DNA of 64,000 bases from Nanobdellota archaeon (GTDB taxonomy: Archaea > Nanobdellota > Nanobdellia > Pacearchaeales > GW2011-AR1): the NCBI GenBank assembly GCA_038045705.1, contig JBBSXO010000001.1, forward strand, positions 64,001 through 128,000. The letters are read 5' to 3'. Every line of letters begins with the position of its first letter. The stretch's first letter is position 1. This document shows positions 57,337 to 64,000 of the stretch, piece by piece. The notes under the pieces are model-generated. The model had not been told where the DNA came from, searched no databases, and saw only the letters and a program-made list of their open reading frames with translations. The position numbers and the translations under genes were made by a program.

Positions 57337-59409
57337 TTATCTTATATTTGTTGCACTAGCTACTAAAGAACAGCTATTAGGTCCAGGCTCATTATCAAAA
57401 GTATCTCTACATTTAATATAATATGCAATATTAGGTTTCCATTCAGCATAATGACTTTTCTTGTTTGAAGTTGAAATATAAAGCAATTCAATCCCTTCAT
57501 CAAAATTAAAGTTACAGCTATTCAAGGAATAAGCACAAGCAGCATCTTCATTAGTAACTATTTTTAAAGCATTATTAGAAGAATCTCTGTAAGCTCTAGT
57601 AATTAAAGGTGCAAATGTATCCACAATAACTGAAAAACTTACTTCAGCCTCAGCAGCATTTCCTCCATAATCAACACATCTAAATTTATAATTATAATTT
57701 CCAGTTGGCAAATTAAGTCTTTGTGAATGTTCAACAGCATCAGTTTCAAACATCAGAACATAACTATCGGGCAATCCAGTAGAGCTAAATGAGCAAATAG
57801 ACACTCCTTCATTTGCCCCATCATCTGTTGTAACTCTCAAATCCACTGGAACTGTATTTGTATTTCCAGTAGCTGTTCCATTAGGAGATACAAAGATTAT
57901 ATTCAACGGTTGCGAACCTATCAATTTATAATTATAACTTGCAACGTTAACATTTCTCTCTTCTTCTGCTTTTGAAGGCTGGTCTTTACATCTTACAAAA
58001 AAGTTGTTTTCCTGTCTATCTACAATTCCATTGAGATTAGTTGAACAGGTATACAATTCACGCGCATTTATTTGAGTGAGAGAAGTAGCACAGCTCATAG
58101 TATTTTCCATAACTGAATATTCTTTACTTTGAGCGCTCCATTTACATGTTGCAGGTTCATTAATGTAAAATTGAACTGGTACAGATTGAACTCCAAATTT
58201 AACATAACTCCCACTAGGAATAGAAGTCTCAACTATTACTGGAGCAGTTGTATCAGGACTAGGGTCAACACATAACTGAACAGCATATTCATCAACATTC
58301 TCATTCCCATTTTTATCTCTGCATCTTACAAAGAAATCATATTTCCCATCTGCTTGTAATTCTGGAAGTTCAGCATTAAGAGAATCTGGCGAAGGCAGAC
58401 TAAATTGTTGGGTATGATTATATAAATACAAATTAGTATTTCCGAAAAGGAATTGCATTTCATCGAATGAGTCTTTATGTTCTAAATCTAACTTACATTG
58501 GCTTGCCTCATTAGTTGTAATTCCAAAAGTAAGTGGTGTAAACGCTTGCAAGCAACCATCTGTAGCACCATTTCTAACTATTTTAGTTCCTAGTGAAGTT
58601 GGTCTTGTTTCATGATTTGTATATCTATGGTTTTCAGTCAATGGTTCTGTCCAAGGAGTTATCGTCGGAGAAGTAGCATCATTAGGGTTTACCCAGACAC
58701 ATTTCTCATCAGTAGTTCCAACGTTTACAAGTTCACAAGCTTGTCCTAAACTCCTGCAACGATATTCAGAGCAAGGTCTAAAGGAATCTTTGTTACACTC
58801 TTCGCAATCATTCCCACCAATTGGAGCTTCATAAGGTAAACATTGGAAATTTACAACTTTAGAAGATTCTTTTTTATACATAATCGCATAAACAACGACG
58901 GCAATTCCAATAGCCCACAATGTTGCTCCTCCAGAAGCTCCTAAAAAGTTTGGATCTGCAAAACCCAAACTATTAAACAAGTTAGTGCTACCTTGAGCCT
59001 CTAAAAACCCAAACCTTCCAATTGCAACACCAATTCCTAAAGCAGCAGATGCAGCCTTTTTTTGATTATCATCGAGCCCAAGAAAGTCTCCTGCAAAATA
59101 AACAACTCCATAAGCAATTCCTCCCCAAATTAGCCCGGATAATAAACTACCCACAAAACCTTCAATACCCAAAGGTGTTCTTCCAAGAATATCAGTGTTT
59201 GGTTCAGGAGGTGGAGGTTCAGGACTAGGACTTGCTTTGAGCCCTGCATTTCCAGATCTTGCAGCTAATAACGCTCCAGGACCTACACCTTGTGCACTAG
59301 TCAATAAACTCTCATGAATCAAAAAAGCAAAACTAAAGACCGCTAAGATTATAATTAAAATATGCGAAATTGCAATACTTTTTAGAACACCACCTCTTCG
59401 ATAAAACAT
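57337..59409 (-). CDS. large Cys-rich membrane-anchored surface protein with Ig-like repeats
   Basis: N-terminal TM, Gly/Ala-rich hydrophobic helices, CEECN...CSEYRCRSLGQAC, four TNE.A.C / VRC.D..GN-type repeats. Confidence 0.7.
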   Translation of the reverse strand: MFYRRGGVLKSIAISHILIIILAVFSFAFLIHESLLTSAQGVGPGALLAARSGNAGLKASPSPEPPPPEPNTDILGRTPLGIEGFVGSLLSGLIWGGIAYGVVYFAGDFLGLDDNQKKAASAALGIGVAIGRFGFLEAQGSTNLFNSLGFADPNFLGASGGATLWAIGIAVVVYAIMYKKESSKVVNFQCLPYEAPIGGNDCEECNKDSFRPCSEYRCRSLGQACELVNVGTTDEKCVWVNPNDATSPTITPWTEPLTENHRYTNHETRPTSLGTKIVRNGATDGCLQAFTPLTFGITTNEASQCKLDLEHKDSFDEMQFLFGNTNLYLYNHTQQFSLPSPDSLNAELPELQADGKYDFFVRCRDKNGNENVDEYAVQLCVDPSPDTTAPVIVETSIPSGSYVKFGVQSVPVQFYINEPATCKWSAQSKEYSVMENTMSCATSLTQINARELYTCSTNLNGIVDRQENNFFVRCKDQPSKAEEERNVNVASYNYKLIGSQPLNIIFVSPNGTATGNTNTVPVDLRVTTDDGANEGVSICSFSSTGLPDSYVLMFETDAVEHSQRLNLPTGNYNYKFRCVDYGGNAAEAEVSFSVIVDTFAPLITRAYRDSSNNALKIVTNEDAACAYSLNSCNFNFDEGIELLYISTSNKKSHYAEWKPNIAYYIKCRDTFDNEPGPNSCSLVASATNIR

Positions 59410-59471
59410 ACTTGCTTAATGAAATAATTCTTTATAAATATTAGTAAAACTAAAAAGCTAAAATATTCTAA

Positions 59472-59963
59472 CTATCTTTCCATAATCTCAACATTATAAC
59501 CGCCCATCGCATTTCTATCAAGGGTAAAATAAAGATAAACACTTGTAGGGCTATCAAACGAAATAGAACTATGGGGAGAAGAGTTACTTAATTGTAAGAT
59601 TCTAGTATCAATTATTCTTTCATCCCCTGTTCCATTATATTTAACATAAATTCCAAATGTTTTTCCTTGACAGTTTTGCTGAGTTGCTCCAAAGACAAAT
59701 TCTTCTCCTACATAAAATGTAGTCCTTCCTTTATTTACAATCTCAGTTCTTGGATCCAAGAAACCATCTCCATTACTATCTTTAAAATCACTCCCAATAA
59801 AAGGCATACAAGTGATGTTATTATTGCCTTGACCTCTAGCAGTCACACGTGCATGATGATCTGCAATAATAAGACCTCCAAGAAGCTGAGCACAACCCGT
59901 AAGAGGCAAAGTAGCCCCTAAGATCATCCCCGCCAAGCCTAGATCTTTAGTCCTAGATTTCAT
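59472..59963 (-). CDS. hypothetical lipoprotein-like protein
   Basis: LTGC lipobox-like motif; DSNGDGFLD Ca-binding-like loop. Confidence 0.55.
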   Translation of the reverse strand: MKSRTKDLGLAGMILGATLPLTGCAQLLGGLIIADHHARVTARGQGNNNITCMPFIGSDFKDSNGDGFLDPRTEIVNKGRTTFYVGEEFVFGATQQNCQGKTFGIYVKYNGTGDERIIDTRILQLSNSSPHSSISFDSPTSVYLYFTLDRNAMGGYNVEIMER

Positions 59964-60029
59964 TTTCAGGTACGATTCATAGATTAAACGAATATTTAAA
60001 TCTTTCTGTTACTTAATAGTTACAAAAAT

Positions 60030-61043
60030 TCAAAACAAGCTATCTCTAGAAAAGAAAATTCCAAGTAAAATTATAATTATTTGGAAAATCCATATAGCAT
60101 AAACTGCATTTTTTTCTGTAGACCTAATTCCTATTTTTTTCAAAACTAAAATAGAAAGATGATTCAAACTGTAAATTTTATTATGCTGATTTTCCAGTGT
60201 CCCATCTTTCATAGGTTTACCGAAAGAACTTTTTTTAAGTTTTCCACGAGATTTTAATATGACTTCAATAATATAAGGGATGTAAAAGAAAATAGCAATC
60301 TTCTCAAAATTGCCTACAATTGCAATAGCCGCAATCATAACACCAACAGAATATGTCATAACATCTCCAGGAAAGACTCTGGCAGGAAATTTATTGAATT
60401 TCAAAAATCCAATTAGCGCGAGAACCATACATAAACAAACTATTGAAAGCCATGCGCTTCCATTAATGTAAGAGACAAAAGCCATTCCCGATAGCAAAAT
60501 TATTCCCTGACCAGCTTCAAGACCATTGAACCCAGCAAGCATGTTAAAAGTAGTTGTAGTTGCAACAACCCCTAAAGGTATCAAAAACAAAGGATAAACT
60601 AAACCCCAATCAATGACTCCAAAAATTGGAAAATTCATTGAACTTTCTCCAGCTTTTATTGCAATAAGAGGTATCGCTCCAAAGATAGCCAGTAAAATTC
60701 TCACTCTCCCAGAGAGTCCTCCACGCCTCCACCCGAATAAATCATCTATGAAACCAATAAATCCCATAAAGATAACCATAACTAGAATTACAAATATTTC
60801 TAAAAGAAAACCATTCGAACTTTCAAGCAAAAAGACCCTATATGTAACATAACTAAGAACACTTAACAAAAATGCAAGCAAAACAATCAAACCACCAGAG
60901 CCAGAGACTTTCTCACTATCTATTTTATTCATATCCTTCCACACAAGGCCCACAAATCTTACCTTACGTATCCACCAAGGCATCAAAGCTAAAACTGTAA
61001 TCAAGCTTATTGCCAGAGGCAACAACAAAATATAAGATTTCAT
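60030..61043 (-). CDS. UDP-GlcNAc:dolichyl-phosphate GlcNAc-1-phosphate transferase (MraY/GPT/AglH-like)
   Basis: GFIDD, NMLAGFNGLEAG, PARVFPGD. Confidence 0.9.
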   Translation of the reverse strand: MKSYILLLPLAISLITVLALMPWWIRKVRFVGLVWKDMNKIDSEKVSGSGGLIVLLAFLLSVLSYVTYRVFLLESSNGFLLEIFVILVMVIFMGFIGFIDDLFGWRRGGLSGRVRILLAIFGAIPLIAIKAGESSMNFPIFGVIDWGLVYPLFLIPLGVVATTTTFNMLAGFNGLEAGQGIILLSGMAFVSYINGSAWLSIVCLCMVLALIGFLKFNKFPARVFPGDVMTYSVGVMIAAIAIVGNFEKIAIFFYIPYIIEVILKSRGKLKKSSFGKPMKDGTLENQHNKIYSLNHLSILVLKKIGIRSTEKNAVYAIWIFQIIIILLGIFFSRDSLF

Positions 61044-61081
61044 TCAAAGAACAGCTATTTATTATTTATAAGACTTATCAA

Positions 61082-62632
61082 TTATTCTTGTCCGCCTATA
61101 ACTATTTTGTAACCTTTATTGTAACCTTCTTTACCTAACCAATTTAAGCTAGGTCCGCAATCACCTAACATCTTACACAAATCTGCTTTCTCTTTTTGCC
61201 AATTCTCTTCAAGACATTCACAACCAGAAACGCATTTTTCCCCACCATCAAACAATCCTTTTTCAAATTTAACAACACAAACATTATTTCCTAAAGAACA
61301 TATGTTTGATGTTTCAGCATCACTCCAGAAGTTAAATCCTGGTTTATTTTGAGGGAAACAAGTTCCTACTCTATCTTGAGTCTGGTTTTGTAAAGCTTGC
61401 AATAATACATCTTTCCAAACACAGTCTCTAATATCTTCATTTTCACAAGATGACTTGTCAATTTGATTTACGCAATCCTGCCATCTGTTTACTTTACAGG
61501 CTGCTTGTGAAAAATCATTTATAGTATCAGAAATACATTCCTCCGCTCTGAAGTCCTCACATTGTTCTAAAACTTCTTCCCCATTTATGCAAACATGTTT
61601 ATAGAATCTGCTTCCTACAGTATTATCTGTATTTCCAAAGCCTCCTGCATCATTGTAAACACACCAACTTTCTCCATGTCTGTAATTTTTACCATCTTGA
61701 GTATTTTTACAATTTAAATCAGCACAGATATTATCTCCATAAGTTGGACTCTTTCCAGCATCATTTTCGCTTCGGCAAATGCTACCCTGTAAATAATCGC
61801 AATTTCCACATGAAGAACTCAAAGCATTTCCATTTTCAGGATTACATGAGTTATCTACAGTTATTACATTGCTCCAATATAATTGATCTTCTAGCTTAGA
61901 AGAGTCATAAATATTTGCAGGATTCCCACAAGTATCTACAAAATAAACTCCATCTTTTCCAGGAACACAAGTAGTCTTAGTACTTGGTCCGCATATAGTC
62001 CCTAGTTCTTCAGCAGAACATAATTTCCCTGCGTAGAATGTCCCACCAACAATAGAAGCATTACTAGTTTGAGTATTACATTCAGCCCTAGTTCCGAATT
62101 TGCAAGTATCTTCAAACTCGAATTCATACACACATGCACCAACTTCTTGCTGTTGAACTTTTTCTATACAAGCAAGTTCACTTCCAACACTAGTATCATA
62201 ATTTGTCTCTAAACCCAAATAAGAACTTAATCTTTTGCATCTAACAAGAGAAACATAAGCTGCTTGATCTCCAAGAATACAACATCCCAAAGAACACTGA
62301 GGTGGTTCTTCTTCACTCCATACACCACCATTAGCATTACAAACTAGTTGAGGCGTATTATCAAAGCAAGTTCCTTCAGTAGAATCATAGCAAGTTCCAG
62401 CCTTACAATAACTTGTAGATTCACAACTTGTAGGTACTTGTCTACTTCCAGGCTTACATTCAGAAGAAGGAACATTTTGACAAAAAGCTCCTGTATCTGT
62501 TTGCTCGCAACAAACAGTTGCAAGTTGATTTCCAACATTAGGATTATTAGGTGTTCCAGTCTGCTGTGCAATAACAAAACTAGCAAAGGCTAAAAGTATT
62601 ATTCCAAAAAGTAAAATTATCTTTTTATTCAT
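61082..62632 (-). CDS. secreted Cys-rich repeat surface protein
   Basis: Signal peptide; dozens of Cys (CCEQT, GCCIL, HGESWC, GDCG). Confidence 0.7.
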   Translation of the reverse strand: MNKKIILLFGIILLAFASFVIAQQTGTPNNPNVGNQLATVCCEQTDTGAFCQNVPSSECKPGSRQVPTSCESTSYCKAGTCYDSTEGTCFDNTPQLVCNANGGVWSEEEPPQCSLGCCILGDQAAYVSLVRCKRLSSYLGLETNYDTSVGSELACIEKVQQQEVGACVYEFEFEDTCKFGTRAECNTQTSNASIVGGTFYAGKLCSAEELGTICGPSTKTTCVPGKDGVYFVDTCGNPANIYDSSKLEDQLYWSNVITVDNSCNPENGNALSSSCGNCDYLQGSICRSENDAGKSPTYGDNICADLNCKNTQDGKNYRHGESWCVYNDAGGFGNTDNTVGSRFYKHVCINGEEVLEQCEDFRAEECISDTINDFSQAACKVNRWQDCVNQIDKSSCENEDIRDCVWKDVLLQALQNQTQDRVGTCFPQNKPGFNFWSDAETSNICSLGNNVCVVKFEKGLFDGGEKCVSGCECLEENWQKEKADLCKMLGDCGPSLNWLGKEGYNKGYKIVIGGQE

Positions 62633-63387
62633 GCTAATCCTTGGGGCCAAACAAGACTCCTAGTTGCAAAATCAAATTTATCTTCGCTGGTGACATCACT
62701 TAGTTGATAAATTGTTGAACCATCATCACGCCTGGTCTTTTCAATTACAAGATTAGGATAATAAGAAATATATAAACTTGTCTCGCTATCTCCAAAAGTT
62801 GATTCATACTGTATGATATTAACTGCAGTATTTATCAAAGTGTACCAGTTAGAATCAATTGCAACAGAAAATTTTTGGAAAGTTTGAGTATCTTCTTTTA
62901 TTAAAGTAAGTGGAGCAACAAAATCCACATATATATTTTCAGGCACAATGCCTACACTAATGTTACTAGTACCACTTCTAACTTCATAACCCTTTCTTTC
63001 ATATTGGTCTTTCAAATCTTCAAAACATTGTTTTGCTCTAGGTTCAATATGTTTTTTTATTTCTTCTTGAACATGCCTCAATAAAAGAGGTTGTTGAACA
63101 GAACAAGGTGTATAAAATTGAGAAGTATAACACAAATATTGCAATTTCATATCATTATACATTGCATAATTATCCGGATTAGTATATCCGCCTTGAACAC
63201 TTAAAACATCTTTAATATTTGTAATTTCAGGTTCTATACAGCTCCTCAAATAAGAGCTAGGATTTACACTTGAAGAAAAAACATTTGCTTGAGGAAAAGC
63301 AAAGATAACAATTATTACAGCAACAACAATAATTGCAAGTATGACAAAAATAGTGACTTGTCCTTTTCTATCATCTCTTTTCATCAA
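62629..63387 (-). CDS. pilin-like protein with class III signal peptide
   Basis: DRKG|QVTIFVILAIIVV. Confidence 0.7.
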   Translation of the reverse strand: MMKRDDRKGQVTIFVILAIIVVAVIIVIFAFPQANVFSSSVNPSSYLRSCIEPEITNIKDVLSVQGGYTNPDNYAMYNDMKLQYLCYTSQFYTPCSVQQPLLLRHVQEEIKKHIEPRAKQCFEDLKDQYERKGYEVRSGTSNISVGIVPENIYVDFVAPLTLIKEDTQTFQKFSVAIDSNWYTLINTAVNIIQYESTFGDSETSLYISYYPNLVIEKTRRDDGSTIYQLSDVTSEDKFDFATRSLVWPQGLA

Positions 63388-63496
63388 TCTTTAAGAGATT
63401 TTTTGTTTATAAATATAGTGAAAGACTTTGAAATTTTATGAGTCTTTCACTAATAGAAAGGAATTCTCTTTTCTATAATTGCTTGAAATCCTTTTC

Positions 63497-63994
63497 TTAC
63501 AGTAATTCTTTTGAGTCAACTAGATAATGAACTGGAAATTGCATTTTTACATCTCCTCTTTTAATAACTACATATGCTTCATTTACTCTTGCACCATGAT
63601 TTTGGATAACTTCTGCAGTTTCTCTTATACTTCCTCCAGTAGTAAACACATCATCAACTATAGCAACTAAATCATCTTTTTTAGGTATATATCCTTCTAT
63701 CCATTTTCTTAAGCCATGCTTTTGAGGACTATCTCTGACTATAGCAAGAGGAATATTTTTTACAAGCGAAACAGTTGTTGCAAGAGAAATTCCCCCGTAT
63801 CCTTTTCCAACAACACAAGTGGAATTTTTATTTATTTTTTCAGCAATTGCTTCGCCAATTTTCTTCAAGAGCTTAGGGTCACCATAAGCTTTCTTAACAT
63901 CAAAATAAGCAGTACTCTCTTCTCTCCCTCTTAATCTAACATTTCCTCTAACAACAATATCTGCTTCTCTTAATAATTTGACTAATTCAGTCAT
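63497..63994 (-). CDS. pyrE: orotate phosphoribosyltransferase
   Basis: YFDVK, KHG...IEG, IVDDVFTTGGS PRPP-binding motif. Confidence 0.88.
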   Translation of the reverse strand: MTELVKLLREADIVVRGNVRLRGREESTAYFDVKKAYGDPKLLKKIGEAIAEKINKNSTCVVGKGYGGISLATTVSLVKNIPLAIVRDSPQKHGLRKWIEGYIPKKDDLVAIVDDVFTTGGSIRETAEVIQNHGARVNEAYVVIKRGDVKMQFPVHYLVDSKELL

Positions 63995-64000
63995 TTAATA

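Overview
AT-rich, gene-dense 64 kb segment of a small-genome archaeon, most consistent with a DPANN lineage such as Pacearchaeota. This is an inference from gene content: archaeal ribosomal proteins, AglB, AMP phosphorylase with R15P isomerase, an archaeosortase, and many apparently leaderless genes just behind TATA boxes. The window holds an N-glycosylation cluster (two GT2, a flippase, aglB), the S10-spc ribosomal superoperon with secY, the L1-L10-L12 and ftsZ-secE-spt5-L11 clusters, tRNA-Ser(TGA), tRNA-Pro(TGG), an S-layer gene and a cluster of class III signal-peptide (pilin-like) and Cys-rich surface proteins. Most notable: (1) a fused CapRel-like toxic alarmone synthetase with a YPNY motif, preceded by four helically phased direct repeats and next to a divergent wHTH/CARF-like pair; (2) two beta-helix surface-protein paralogs with conserved ends flanking the ribosomal superoperon, one with a (TA)8 tract at its TATA position; (3) a LAGLIDADG gene whose 3' end reads into tRNA-Ser; (4) a 20-aa basic micro-ORF; (5) a family of CTTTAG-loop hairpin repeats; (6) a long structured S-layer leader. 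No CRISPR array, rRNA or intact transposase was seen. All calls come from reading motifs by eye; no searches were run.
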